Assembly (NCBI GenBank): GCA_050949085.1
Contig: JBMNFB010000009.1
Location: 352,446 to 416,445 of the forward strand
Source of the DNA: Bacillota bacterium
GTDB lineage: Bacteria > Bacillota > UBA994 > UBA5500
Length of the DNA: 64,000 nt
Direction of reading: 5' to 3'
The position numbers were made by a program, and so were the translations under genes. Shown here in pieces: positions 21,131 to 30,830 of this stretch (positions are counted from its first letter, which is position 1; every line of letters begins with the position of its first letter). The notes beneath the pieces are model-generated. The model was given only the letters and a program-made list of their open reading frames with translations. It did not search any database and was not told where the DNA came from.

Positions 21131-21685
21131 TTAGCCTTCCATCTGCTTGCCCAGAAAGCTGGCAGCCGTATCGGCGAGTTTCGACTCCAGATCACCCAGG
21201 CGAGCATCCGGATCCTTGCTGCAGATGATCACACAGCCGATGGGGTGACCGTCTGCGGTTATCGGTGAGATTACCTGAGCGCTCAGCTTGCAGGTACCGT
21301 CTGCAAACTCAATGGCGCAGTCGGGAGACGATTCATCGGGCTGAACAACAATGGTGCGACGTTCCTCCATCGCCATCTCAGCCAGAGGGCCTAGACGTTG
21401 ATTAAGAAACTCTTTTCTGGAAGCGCCAGCGACAGCGATCACTTCATCGCGGTCAGCGATCAGCGCGATATGACCGGTGGACTCATAAAGCGAATCAGCG
21501 TATTCCTTGGCAAACTCCCCTAGCTCGCCGATGGGCGAATACTTCTTCAGAATCACTTCGCCGTCACGATCGACGAAGATCTCCAGGGGATCGCCTTCGC
21601 GAATACGGAGCGTTCGCCGAATTTCTTTCGGTATTACTACCCGACCCAGGTCGTCAATTCGTCGGACGATACCCGTTGCTTTCAT
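21131..21685 (-). CDS. spoVT: Stage V sporulation regulator SpoVT
   Basis: MKATGIVRRIDDLGRVVIPKEIRRTLRIREGDPLEIFVD SpoVT/AbrB swapped-hairpin domain plus a C-terminal GAF-like half. Lies next to mfd. Confidence 0.93.
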   Translation of the reverse strand: MKATGIVRRIDDLGRVVIPKEIRRTLRIREGDPLEIFVDRDGEVILKKYSPIGELGEFAKEYADSLYESTGHIALIADRDEVIAVAGASRKEFLNQRLGPLAEMAMEERRTIVVQPDESSPDCAIEFADGTCKLSAQVISPITADGHPIGCVIICSKDPDARLGDLESKLADTAASFLGKQMEG

Positions 21686-21777
21686 GACTTTTGCCTCCTT
21701 ATCTGCTGCTGACAGTTACAGGTAACCTTGTAGGTAGTATACAACCATGCCAACGGGTTTATTCGATGGCTAGACGC

Positions 21778-22746
21778 TTATCGCGCCAGAAGCAGGATCA
21801 GCTGCCCGGCCCGGGCCTCGGTTCGGTACTCATCCCAGGCGTGCGACTTTTTGTCCTGCAGAGCCCGTTGCCTGGCCAGTTCGGTCACTTCGGAGTAGTC
21901 GCGCGCTCTGGCGGGTTCTTTGCCTTCGGCCTTGATTATATGATAACCATACAAGGTCTCTACAACACCACTCAACTGCCCAGGTTCCAGCGCAAATGCA
22001 GCCGCCTCAAACGGCTCAACCATCTCGCCGCGTTCAAACCAGCGGAGGCTGCCGCCTCTGGCAGCACTCTCCTTATCCAGCGAGTGCTGCATTGCCAGCT
22101 CCGCAAAATCTGCACCAGCCCTGAGCTCTGCCAGCAGCGACTCGGCCTGGGTACGGCTGTCGACGAGGATATGGCTGACCAGCATCATCTCCGGCACATC
22201 AAAGCTGGCTTGATTGGCCTGATAGTACGCCTGGGCTTCCTCGGCCGTGACCTCAATGTCTGCCGTGACCTTCTCGCGGAGGCGAATCAGCTGCAAATTG
22301 CGCGTGAAGTACTCGCGCAGATCGGCTTCGGTCAGATTCATCTCCGTCAGATGCTGCCGCAGGGCCGCGTCTTCACCCTGAAAGAAGCCGGCTCTGATCC
22401 AGCTGAGCAAGGACTCGGCATACTCATTCTGCTCCTCGGCTGTGGCGAGGTCAGCCGCTTCGCGGAGCAGGATCATCTCTTCCGCCAGCTGATCCAGAAT
22501 CGCGCGGCGGTTATCTCTGGCAAAGTCCGGTGAGTACGCCGGATTTCCTCCATACTGCAGCTGATAGCTGAACTGGACGATGTTCATCCGGCGGGTCAGC
22601 TCTGCCTGGGTGATGATCTGGCCACCAACCCAGGCGGCGATCTGCCGGCTGAAAAGCAGGTAGCCGAGGACGAGAATCAGCAGGGTCAGCACCGGGATCA
22701 GCCAGGGGCGAGAAGTTCGCCGGGGACGATAGGATAAACGTGCCAA
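21778..22746 (-). CDS. Parvulin-type peptidyl-prolyl isomerase (PrsA/SurA-like), membrane anchored
   Basis: N-terminal TM and a PpiC domain (VSHILV...GGSLRWFERGEMVEPFEAAAF...YGYHIIK). Confidence 0.82.
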   Translation of the reverse strand: MARLSYRPRRTSRPWLIPVLTLLILVLGYLLFSRQIAAWVGGQIITQAELTRRMNIVQFSYQLQYGGNPAYSPDFARDNRRAILDQLAEEMILLREAADLATAEEQNEYAESLLSWIRAGFFQGEDAALRQHLTEMNLTEADLREYFTRNLQLIRLREKVTADIEVTAEEAQAYYQANQASFDVPEMMLVSHILVDSRTQAESLLAELRAGADFAELAMQHSLDKESAARGGSLRWFERGEMVEPFEAAAFALEPGQLSGVVETLYGYHIIKAEGKEPARARDYSEVTELARQRALQDKKSHAWDEYRTEARAGQLILLLAR

Positions 22747-22771
22747 GGTTCCTCCTCCTTCGGTAAGGTAA

Positions 22772-25700
22772 CTACACCTGTTCGCTGGCGTGAATGTCTC
22801 GTAGTTGCTTCATCAGGTCCACCCACTGCCTGGCTGCGCTGATAGCGGATGTGTTCTGCAGCTGCCAGCGGAAAACGCCAGCCTTATTGGCCTGGAGGCG
22901 CAGCCTGCCGTTGGTCTCGCGGTAAAGAAACTCTATATCCGCCGGGGCGAAGAAAGCGTCGTGCGCCAGGGTCATCGTCAGCTGCTGATCAGTGATGGTC
23001 AGGCTGCTGATCCGAAAGCGTCGGGCCAGCACTCGCAGCCTGGCGGCAAGGAGCAGATTAGCGACCGACTCCGGCATGCGGCCATAGCGATCCAGCATCT
23101 CGTCGACAAGATCGTCCACATCCTCCAGATCGGCGGCAGCCTGGATCTTCTTGTACATCTCCACCTTCTGCATGCTATCCCTGATATAGCGATCGGGGAT
23201 GTAAGCATCAAAGGACAGCTGTAGTTCGGTCCTGAATTCCTCCGGGAGTGGCTGCCCCTTCAGCTCTCGCACCGCCTCCTCCAACAGCTGACAGTAAAGG
23301 TCGAAGCCGACGGCGATCATGAACCCGTGTTGTTCCGGCCCCAGGATGTTGCCGGCCCCTCTGATCTCCAGGTCGCGCAGCGCAATCTTGAATCCCGATC
23401 CCAGCTCGGTAAACTCCTTGATAGCCTGCAGACGCTTCTCGGCCACCTCAGACAGCGCCTTCTCCGGGCGATACATGAAATAAGCGTAGGCCACGCGGTT
23501 GGAACGCCCGACCCGCCCCCGCAGCTGATAGAGCTGCGCCAGACCAAACTTGTCTGCATCCTCCACTATCATCGTATTAACGTTGGGGATGTCTAGACCT
23601 GATTCGATGATTGTCGTGCTGACGAGGATGTCGTATTCGCCCTCCATGAACTCGAGCATCAGGCGCTCCAGTCTCTCCTCTGACATCCGCCCGTGCCCTG
23701 CGGCAATGCGCGCTTCCGGCACCAGCTTGGCCAGGCGCTCGACGACGGAGTTGATGCTGCGGACGCGATTATGGACATAGTAGACTTGCCCCTGGCGGCC
23801 CAGCTCGCGGCGAATCGCGTTCCTGATCACCTCATCGTTCTGTTCCATCACATAGGTCTGAACCGGAAATCGATCTTCCGGGGGAGTCTCGATGCTGCTC
23901 ATGTCCCGCATCCCCACCATCGCCATATGCAGCGTGCGGGGAATCGGCGTCGCTGACAGCGTCAGCGTATCCACGTTCTCGCGCAGCTGGCGCAGTTTCT
24001 CCTTATCCGCCACGCCAAACCGCTGTTCTTCATCAATAACCAAGAGGCCAAGATCGTGAAACTTGACGTCCTTCTGCAAGAGACGGTGAGTGCCGATCAC
24101 CACATCCACCAGTCCCTGGGCAACGCGGCGGACGGTTTCTCGATTCTCAGCAGCACTGCGGAAGCGGGAAAGCATCGCCACCTCCAGCGGGAAGCCGGCA
24201 AAGCGTTCGCAGAACGTAGTGTAGTGCTGCTGGGCCAGAATCGTCGTCGGCACCAGTACGGCAACCTGCTTGCCGCTGGCAGCCGCCTTAAACGCCGCCC
24301 GCACTGCCACTTCGGTCTTGCCATAGCCGACATCGCCGCAGAGCAGGCGATCCATCACCTGGTCGCGTTCCATGTCCTGTTTCACCTCGGCGATGGCCCG
24401 CCGCTGATCATCCGTCTCCCGGTAGGGGAAGTTGCTCTCCATCTGGTCCTGCCATTCGCCATCGGGCGGGAAAGCATAGCCCGGGACGCTGGCCCGGGCC
24501 GCATACAAGGCCAGGAGCTCCTTCGCCATCTCGCGCACTGACTGCTTGACCCGCGTCTTCACCCGCTGCCAGTCGCCGCCGCCCAGCGAATAGATCCGCG
24601 GTGTCTTCCCTTCGGCGCCGACATACTTCTGCAGCAGCTGAATCTGATCGGTAGGGACGTAGAGCCGGTCTTCGCCGGCGTATTTCACCTGCAGATAATC
24701 CCGGTGCAGGCCGTCTATCTCCAGCGTCTTGATGCCGAGGTACTGGCCGACGCCGTGCTGCACGTGGACAACATAGTCACCGATCGCCAGGTCGCGATAG
24801 CTGGAGAGCCGTGCCCCTTCGGCCGGGCTGATCAGCTGGCGTCGGCGCCGGCGCTTGCGCTGCAGGATATCGCCCTCGGTCAACACATAGAGCCGCAGCT
24901 CAGGCAGCTCGAAGCCGCCGGCCAAATCGCCGACCAGCAGGCTGATCTTCCCGGCTGGCGGCGGCTCGCCGGGGCCAAGGAGCAGCACCGGGTCGAAGCC
25001 CTCTCCCTCCAGGTATCGCTGGAGATGCTGTTGCCGCTCTGCGCTGCTGGCGAGGATGACCACAGCAAAGCCGTTTCCCTGCATCCGCGACACTTCCTGC
25101 CGCAGCAGACCGATCTGCCCCTGGAGATTGGCCACGCTGCGCGAGATCAGGGGCAGGTGACGTTCGATTTTCCAGGGGGCAGGGCGCCGTGGAAAGACAG
25201 CGAAATGGAGGCAACCCTGCTTCGGCAGTCGCGCCAGAAGCTCATCCGGCGAAAACGCGAAATCGGCCTGGGCGGCAAGCACGCGCCCGTCCGTCAAGAG
25301 GCCGGTGAAACTCTCGGTAAACAGCTGATATTCACTCGTCGCCTGCTCCCAGATCCGACTCGGCTCGTCGATAACTACCAGGGCGTCAGCAGGCAGATAG
25401 TCAAACAGGCTAAATTTCTCTTCCTGAAAAAACGGCAGATAGCGTTCTCGCCCGGCGAAGATCAGTCCTTCCCGCAGCCGGGCCAAGTCTCCTCCCACAT
25501 GCTCCCGGCGACGGTCGGCCAGCTGCCGATCACCTGTAGCGGCCTGGGTGAGCTGTTGCTCCAGACGGGCCAAACCGGCCTCCGCTGCCTCATTCGGCCA
25601 GAAGCCCTCCTGCGCCGGCAGCACGGTGACCTGCTGCAGGTTCTGCAACGACCGCTGTGTCGTCAGGTCAAACTCCCGGATCAGGTCGATCTCATCACCA

Positions 25701-26281
25701 AAGAACTCGATGCGCACCGGAAGGTCATTGGTCGGACCATAGACGTCGAGAATGCCGCCCCGCTGACTGAACTGGCCGGGGTGTTCCACCATATCCACCC
25801 GTTCGTAACCGGACTGGATCAGCAGGCGGATCACTTCCTCGGGAGCGATCACCTGACCATAGGTCAGCTGCAGACTGTGGGCGAGGAACGAGGCCGGGTC
25901 GGGCAATCGGTAGGTGAGCGCTTCCCAGGCAGCTACGACGGCGACCCGCTCGCCGCGACTCAGCCGGTCCAGAACCCGCAACCTCTCGGCCGCCAACTCA
26001 GGGCTCAGCGCAGCAATGCCATACAGCGGGTTCTCGCGCGCCGGAAAGCTGAGCACCGTTTCATCTGGCAAGAGGGCCTGCAGATCCCGCGCTACCTCCT
26101 CTGCCTGCACGCTGGTCGCAGTAAGGAAAAGCAGCGACCGGCCCTGATCAACGACCAGGCCGGACGCTAACAGACTTTTTATCGAACCGCTGACGCCGGA
26201 GACCAGCAAATTGTGCCTGAGGTAACCGCGCAGTGTTCGCCAATTATCACTTTCTGTCAACAAGGTTACTAACCCCAGCAA
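22772..26281 (-). CDS. mfd: Transcription-repair coupling factor
   Basis: 1169 aa. UvrB-homology N-terminus, CarD-like RID, superfamily-2 helicase motifs ([34 protein letters not shown]). TTG start follows AGGGGTGAA. Confidence 0.96.
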   Translation of the reverse strand: MLGLVTLLTESDNWRTLRGYLRHNLLVSGVSGSIKSLLASGLVVDQGRSLLFLTATSVQAEEVARDLQALLPDETVLSFPARENPLYGIAALSPELAAERLRVLDRLSRGERVAVVAAWEALTYRLPDPASFLAHSLQLTYGQVIAPEEVIRLLIQSGYERVDMVEHPGQFSQRGGILDVYGPTNDLPVRIEFFGDEIDLIREFDLTTQRSLQNLQQVTVLPAQEGFWPNEAAEAGLARLEQQLTQAATGDRQLADRRREHVGGDLARLREGLIFAGRERYLPFFQEEKFSLFDYLPADALVVIDEPSRIWEQATSEYQLFTESFTGLLTDGRVLAAQADFAFSPDELLARLPKQGCLHFAVFPRRPAPWKIERHLPLISRSVANLQGQIGLLRQEVSRMQGNGFAVVILASSAERQQHLQRYLEGEGFDPVLLLGPGEPPPAGKISLLVGDLAGGFELPELRLYVLTEGDILQRKRRRRRQLISPAEGARLSSYRDLAIGDYVVHVQHGVGQYLGIKTLEIDGLHRDYLQVKYAGEDRLYVPTDQIQLLQKYVGAEGKTPRIYSLGGGDWQRVKTRVKQSVREMAKELLALYAARASVPGYAFPPDGEWQDQMESNFPYRETDDQRRAIAEVKQDMERDQVMDRLLCGDVGYGKTEVAVRAAFKAAASGKQVAVLVPTTILAQQHYTTFCERFAGFPLEVAMLSRFRSAAENRETVRRVAQGLVDVVIGTHRLLQKDVKFHDLGLLVIDEEQRFGVADKEKLRQLRENVDTLTLSATPIPRTLHMAMVGMRDMSSIETPPEDRFPVQTYVMEQNDEVIRNAIRRELGRQGQVYYVHNRVRSINSVVERLAKLVPEARIAAGHGRMSEERLERLMLEFMEGEYDILVSTTIIESGLDIPNVNTMIVEDADKFGLAQLYQLRGRVGRSNRVAYAYFMYRPEKALSEVAEKRLQAIKEFTELGSGFKIALRDLEIRGAGNILGPEQHGFMIAVGFDLYCQLLEEAVRELKGQPLPEEFRTELQLSFDAYIPDRYIRDSMQKVEMYKKIQAAADLEDVDDLVDEMLDRYGRMPESVANLLLAARLRVLARRFRISSLTITDQQLTMTLAHDAFFAPADIEFLYRETNGRLRLQANKAGVFRWQLQNTSAISAARQWVDLMKQLRDIHASEQV

Positions 26282-26345
26282 TCAGTTCACCCCTGTCAGT
26301 TGGGAGATGGAAGGGGACCGGTGTCGTGACAGCCCCACTATATCG

Positions 26346-26963
26346 CTATTTTATCTTATCCTTCTCGCTCAATTTGTCGGATGGGCGACCCGGCAGGCTG
26401 TTTTCTTTCTGGTTAAACACCGAAGCAGCTCGATCCAGCCCTTCCCGCACCCAGACTTCCACCGCCGTCGCAGCTCGCTGGATGGTTTCATCGATGATGG
26501 TTTGCTCCGACTGGCTGAATCGCTCCAGCACGTAGTCAGCCACATCACCCTCTCCCGGGTGATCGATGCCGATCCGTAGCCGGTTGAAATCCTCTGTACC
26601 CAGCGCGGCGATGATGGACTTGATGCCGCGGTGGCCGCCTGAGCCCCCGGCTGCCCGCAGGCGGATCCGCCCCACGGGCAGATCCAGATCGTCATGGATG
26701 ACGAGCACATCGTGCAGAGCCACATCCAGCTGGCGCAGGGCCCGCACAACCGCCTCGCCGCTGCGATTCATGTAGGTAGTCGGCTGCATCAGGCAGACAG
26801 GTTCGCCGGCGATCCTGCCACGCCCGATCAGGCTCGGCCCCAGCGCACCGCTGACCTTGATCTGATGCTGCCTGGCCAGCTGAGCGATCACCTCGAATCC
26901 GATGTTATGTCGCGTTCTCTCATAGCGCGTGCCTGGATTGCCCAGGCCTACGATCAGTTTCAT
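26346..26963 (-). CDS. pth: Peptidyl-tRNA hydrolase
   Basis: MKLIVGLGNPGTRYERTRHNIGF. ATG 26963; the track extension to 27029 is unlikely. Confidence 0.92.
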   Translation of the reverse strand: MKLIVGLGNPGTRYERTRHNIGFEVIAQLARQHQIKVSGALGPSLIGRGRIAGEPVCLMQPTTYMNRSGEAVVRALRQLDVALHDVLVIHDDLDLPVGRIRLRAAGGSGGHRGIKSIIAALGTEDFNRLRIGIDHPGEGDVADYVLERFSQSEQTIIDETIQRAATAVEVWVREGLDRAASVFNQKENSLPGRPSDKLSEKDKIK

Positions 26964-27110
26964 ATCCCTTTCCCCCTGCCTGTCTCCCCGCGCGCACCCC
27001 TGCCGGTGCAGCGATGCCATGTAACGCAAGTAAACATAAGGGGGCTGTTGCCCGCGTGAGCTCTCCTCAGCCAGGGCACAACCCCCGCAACGTACTGCAG
27101 TGCGAAACAG

Positions 27111-27728
27111 CTAGGCCTCTGGCTCTGGTTCGGTCGCCTCCGGCTCGCCTGCCTCGGCCGCCTCCTCTTCACCCTCGTCCTCGGCTGCCCTGACGACGAC
27201 TACACTGCACACCTGCTCCGCAGGATCATTGAGGGCCTCGACGCCCGCCGGCAGAACGAGATCGGCCACGGTGAGCTGATCGCCGATATTCAACTGGCTG
27301 GTGTCCACTTCAATCGCCTGGGGCAGGTCGCCTGGCAAGGCGCTGATGTTCAGCTCGCGGAGACCGCTCTGAAGCAATCCACCCTCGCGGACGCCGGCCG
27401 GATCCCCCACCAGGACCACTGGGACGGTGGCATTTATCTTTTCGGTCATATCAACTACCTGCAGGTCGAAATGCTGGATAGCCCGAGTCACTGGGTCGAG
27501 CTGCACATCCTTGCGGATGACGTTGAGCACTTCCCCAGAGCGGCCGGCAATGACCAGCTTCATGACACTGCTGGTACTGTCACGGATCACCGCGCTGAGC
27601 GTTCTGGCATCGATCTGGATCGATACTGGTTCCATGTTAGCACCATAAACTACCCCGGGAACCACACCCTGCCTGCGCAGCTGGCGCGCCTTCCCGTCAC
27701 GTAATGAGACATTGAGAACTGTAGTCAT
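27111..27728 (-). CDS. ctc: Ribosomal protein L25/general stress protein Ctc
   Basis: L25 N-domain (GVVPGVVYG), acidic C-terminal tail. AAGGAGGAG precedes ATG 27728. Confidence 0.88.
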   Translation of the reverse strand: MTTVLNVSLRDGKARQLRRQGVVPGVVYGANMEPVSIQIDARTLSAVIRDSTSSVMKLVIAGRSGEVLNVIRKDVQLDPVTRAIQHFDLQVVDMTEKINATVPVVLVGDPAGVREGGLLQSGLRELNISALPGDLPQAIEVDTSQLNIGDQLTVADLVLPAGVEALNDPAEQVCSVVVVRAAEDEGEEEAAEAGEPEATEPEPEA

Positions 27729-27745
27729 GCTGCTCCTCCTTCTTG

Positions 27746-29122
27746 TTAACTGGACTTGCCTGCTTCGCGGCGCCGCTTCGCCCACCCCTCCTTGTTGGTC
27801 TGGCGGGCCCGGGCGATGCCCAGGGAATCGGCTGGCACGTCGTCAGTGATAGTTGAGCCTGCCGCCACATAAGCCCCCTGGCCAATCGTCACCGGCGAAA
27901 CAATATTGCTGTTGCAGCCGATAAAGGCGTCGTCCTCGATAGTGGAGCGAGTCTTCTGCCGCCCATCGTAGTTGACCAGGATCGTCCCGGCCCCCAGATT
28001 TACTCGCTCACCGATATCGGCATCACCCACATAGCTGAGATGCGGAATCTTGCTGCCGCTGCCCACTTGAGAGTTCTTGACCTCCACAAAGTCACCGATC
28101 TTAACATTGTCTGCCAGGCAGGTCTGAGGACGCAGGTAGGCAAAGGGCCCGATCTGACAGCCGCTGCCCACCGCCGCCTGGCGCGCCACAGTATATTCCA
28201 GCGTCGAATCGTCTCCCACCGTTGTATCGACCAGGCGTGTCGCCGGGCCGATGGTGCAGCCCTCGCCGATGATTGTCTCACCCTCCAGCACGCAGCCGGG
28301 GTAGACTATGGTGTCGCGGCCGATGCGCACGGTATCATCAACCAGGCAGGTGTCTGGCTGCAGGAATGTGACGCCTTCCAGCATCAGGCGGCGGCGAATT
28401 CTCGCCCGCAGATAATCCTCTGCCTCCGCCAGTCGCACTCGATCATTGATCCCCAGAGCCTCGTTCATATCCTCCAGCCGACAGCCGGCGACTCGCCCGC
28501 CGTCGGCGGAGATAGCGGCAATCACATCGGTCAGATAATACTCACCCTGTGCATTATCGTTGGTCAGCTGACGCAGGGCGCTGCGCAGCGGGGCGGTTCT
28601 GAAGCAGTAGAAACCGGTGTTAATCTCCCGGATCGCCCGGATGTCCGGAGAAGCATCCCTGGCTTCCACCAGCCTCAGGATATTGCCCTGTTCATCGCGG
28701 ACGATGCGGCCATAGTCGCCCGGCTCATCGAGGACAGCCGTCAACACCGTGGCATCCGCCTGCGTCCGCTGGTGCAATTCTATCATACTCTGTAAAGTCG
28801 TGGGGCTGATCAGGGGTGTGTCGCCATAGAGGACCAACAGACTCTCCTCGTCCCCCAGGTGGGGCTCGGCCTGCATCACCGCATGCCCAGTACCCAACTG
28901 CTGCTCCTGCAGCACATATGTATAGTCAGGTCCCAGTACCTGCTGCACCTGCTCGGCGTCGCGGCCCACGACCACGTAGATCCGGTCGACGCCGACATCC
29001 CGACATGCTTTGACCACATGGCCCACGATGGGCCTGCCACAGAGAAGATGCAAGACCTTGTTTCTAGCTGACTTCATTCTCTTTCCTGATCCGGCTGCTA
29101 GCACGATTGCGCTGGTCTGCAC
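27746..29122 (-). CDS. glmU: Bifunctional GlcNAc-1-P uridyltransferase/GlcN-1-P acetyltransferase
   Basis: LAAGSGKRMKS nucleotidyltransferase motif, C-terminal left-handed beta-helix hexapeptide repeats. GTG start after GGGAGGG. Confidence 0.94.
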   Translation of the reverse strand: MQTSAIVLAAGSGKRMKSARNKVLHLLCGRPIVGHVVKACRDVGVDRIYVVVGRDAEQVQQVLGPDYTYVLQEQQLGTGHAVMQAEPHLGDEESLLVLYGDTPLISPTTLQSMIELHQRTQADATVLTAVLDEPGDYGRIVRDEQGNILRLVEARDASPDIRAIREINTGFYCFRTAPLRSALRQLTNDNAQGEYYLTDVIAAISADGGRVAGCRLEDMNEALGINDRVRLAEAEDYLRARIRRRLMLEGVTFLQPDTCLVDDTVRIGRDTIVYPGCVLEGETIIGEGCTIGPATRLVDTTVGDDSTLEYTVARQAAVGSGCQIGPFAYLRPQTCLADNVKIGDFVEVKNSQVGSGSKIPHLSYVGDADIGERVNLGAGTILVNYDGRQKTRSTIEDDAFIGCNSNIVSPVTIGQGAYVAAGSTITDDVPADSLGIARARQTNKEGWAKRRREAGKSS

Positions 29123-29263
29123 GTGCGATCCCTCCCTATTACGCGTCTAGTCAGTCCCCGCGATGGGGCCGCATGACGTCCTAAGCTGCGTTCTCCCGGG
29201 CACTTGACGCCTATTCTATTATATACCAGATGAGAGACAGGTGAAACGCGCCGGATCAGGGGC

Positions 29264-29286
29264 AAAAAAAGAGCCCGGGCGGGCTC
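29264..29286 (-). terminator. Rho-independent terminator after spoVG
   Basis: Minus strand GAGCCC-gccc-GGGCTC followed by TTTTTTT. Confidence 0.7.
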
Positions 29287-29553
29287 TCAGGACACAATGA
29301 GCAACTGCCGCTCGTAGGCCTCCAGAACGGCCGCCTGAACGCGCTCGCGCATCTTGGAGTTGATCGGATGGGCTATATCGCGGAACTCGCCATCAGGAGT
29401 CTTTCTGCTGGGCATCGCCACGAATAGACCATTGTTGCCCTCAACAACGCGCACATCATGAACGACGAACTCGTCATCGAAGGTAATAGAGACGATCGCT
29501 TTCATGCGGCCCTCGGTGTTGATTTTGCGGATACGGACGTCGGTGACTGTCAT
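29287..29553 (-). CDS. spoVG: Septation/RNA-binding protein SpoVG
   Basis: [39 protein letters not shown]..., near-canonical SpoVG. Confidence 0.95.
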   Translation of the reverse strand: MTVTDVRIRKINTEGRMKAIVSITFDDEFVVHDVRVVEGNNGLFVAMPSRKTPDGEFRDIAHPINSKMRERVQAAVLEAYERQLLIVS

Positions 29554-29739
29554 CTTAACATCTCACTCCCTTGCTGTTCTGGGTGTTCCCCTATTCTCTT
29601 CGACGCCTACCCATGTATTCCCTTTCTGTATTCCATAATGTTGTGAAAAATACCGCTAATTTTTTGGCCGCAGCCTGCTGAATTTTTCCCGCCTCCAGAA
29701 GAGAAACTAAGACAGATTCTGAGAAGGAGGGTGAACGAC

Positions 29740-30285
29740 TTGAAGAAAACTGTTATCGGTGTTTTTTCAGCTGAGTCCAGAGCGGAACAGGCCGTAAGGC
29801 AGTTGCGTGACAGCGGCTTCTCCGGCAACGAGATCAGCATTGTCTCTAAGGATGATGGTCGCCGGGAGTCTTCTCGCGGCGGTGGTGCCATCAATCGATC
29901 CAGTTACGAAGGCGGCACGATGAGCGGCGACAGACGTAGCGGCATGGGCATGGATCAGGTCAGCGATGGCGCCCTTAGCGGAGCCGCGTGGGGCGGGCTG
30001 GCTGGTCTCGCCTTAGGCGCAGGTGCCCTGGCAATACCGGGAGTCGGCCCACTGCTGGCCGCTGGACCGATCAGCGCCGCTCTGACGGGCGCAGCCACCG
30101 GCGGGCTGGCCGGCGGATTGCTGGATTGGGGCATCCCCGAGGACCGCGGACGCCACTATGAGGATCGCGTCAAGCGCGGCGACCTGCTGGCCATCATTCA
30201 GGTGTCCGATCGGCAGGCAGATCGCGCCGCGGCCGTCCTCCGCGAGAATGGCGCCCAGGATGTAGAGATTCACGATCATCGTTAA
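29740..30285 (+). CDS. General-stress-type protein with a central glycine-zipper segment (DUF1269/YflT-like)
   Basis: N-terminal VIGVFSAESRAEQAVRQLRDSGF, Gly/Ala zipper GAAWGGLAGLALGAGALAIPGVGPLLAAG, C-terminal GIPEDRGRHYEDRVKRGDLL. TTG 29740 lies 9 nt after AGGAGG (track GTG 29731). Confidence 0.7.
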   Translation: MKKTVIGVFSAESRAEQAVRQLRDSGFSGNEISIVSKDDGRRESSRGGGAINRSSYEGGTMSGDRRSGMGMDQVSDGALSGAAWGGLAGLALGAGALAIPGVGPLLAAGPISAALTGAATGGLAGGLLDWGIPEDRGRHYEDRVKRGDLLAIIQVSDRQADRAAAVLRENGAQDVEIHDHR

Positions 30286-30323
30286 GTACCACCAGGAGTA
30301 GAAAACAAGGACTGTCGCAATAA

Positions 30324-30363
30324 CACCCACTGCTTCTTCTGGGTTGCAGTGGGTGCTTTCTTG
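30324..30363 (+). terminator. Rho-independent terminator of the stress-protein gene
   Basis: CACCCACTGC-loop-GCAGTGGGTG followed by CTTTCTT. Confidence 0.7.
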
Positions 30364-30376
30364 AGCATATGGAATA

Positions 30377-30790
30377 CAGGGCATCACCCCTGAAGGCGCA
30401 TCCCGATAGGTCGTTAGTGAGGTACCAACCGATGTTTGCAGGCAAACATCGCCTTATTGACATCGCAAGTCCCTATCGGGACTCGCTTAAGAGAAGGCGA
30501 AACGAGACGGGAGTGCTTGCGCACTTGCTAGAGCAGCAACTGTCTGAGCTCTCCCTGGCAGTCATACAAGGTGAGCTCAGACGCCACCCATGGCATAGAT
30601 GCCAAGAGTTCTGGCTTCGGTGGGGCGAGTTTTGCTGCTCCCCGACTCGTTTCGTTTGATACCGTATAAGTTGGGGACATACCTCAGAGACTCAAGACGA
30701 GCATCAGGCAATGCCCACCAAATCGGCATCATGCTGAGGTGTGTCCCCTGACCTTTGACGACATCGGCGCGCCCGAAGGGGTGTGCCCTG
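30377..30790. repeat. Copy A of a structured intergenic element bounded by inverted repeats (candidate ncRNA or MITE-like element)
   Basis: Arms CAGGGCATCACCCCT (30377-30391) and AGGGGTGTGCCCTG (30777-30790). Shares ordered blocks with 42089-42384, including identical AGCAGCAACTGT and GCGAGTTTTGCTGCT. Contains one 68-nt double-hairpin unit. Confidence 0.75.
30421..30490 (-). repeat. Solitary copy of the 68-nt double-hairpin unit, inverted relative to arrays A1 and A2
   Basis: The reverse complement reads GCGAGTCCC-gata-GGGACTTGC ... AATAAGG CGATGTTTG-cctg-CAAACATCG GTTGGTACC. It is collinear with the array unit. Confidence 0.85.
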
Positions 30791-30796
30791 ACTTGG

Positions 30797-30830
30797 GGGG
30801 TTGCTGGTGCAACAGCCCCTTTTCTTATTT
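30797..30830 (+). terminator. Plus-strand hairpin plus T-tract overlapping the purR stop
   Basis: GGGGTTGC-tggt-GCAACAGCCCC (one bulge) followed by TTTTCTTATTT. There is no T-tract on the minus strand, so it fits termination of a plus-strand transcript ending at element A. Confidence 0.5.

Noticed and set aside
27728-27746. Possible loss or rearrangement because prs (between glmU and ctc), yabJ (between purR and spoVG) and gltX/cysE/cysS (between ispF and mrnC) are missing relative to B. subtilis
   Set aside because: The junctions are clean, with short intergenic gaps or overlaps and no gene fragments. These are most simply lineage-specific gene-order differences, and the genes are presumably elsewhere in the genome.
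30369-30659. ORF 30369..30659 (+) in element A and ORFs 42036..42422 / 42149..42463 (-) in element B
   Set aside because: Similarity between the two elements is at nucleotide level and crosses frames. No reading frame is shared and indels are not multiples of three.
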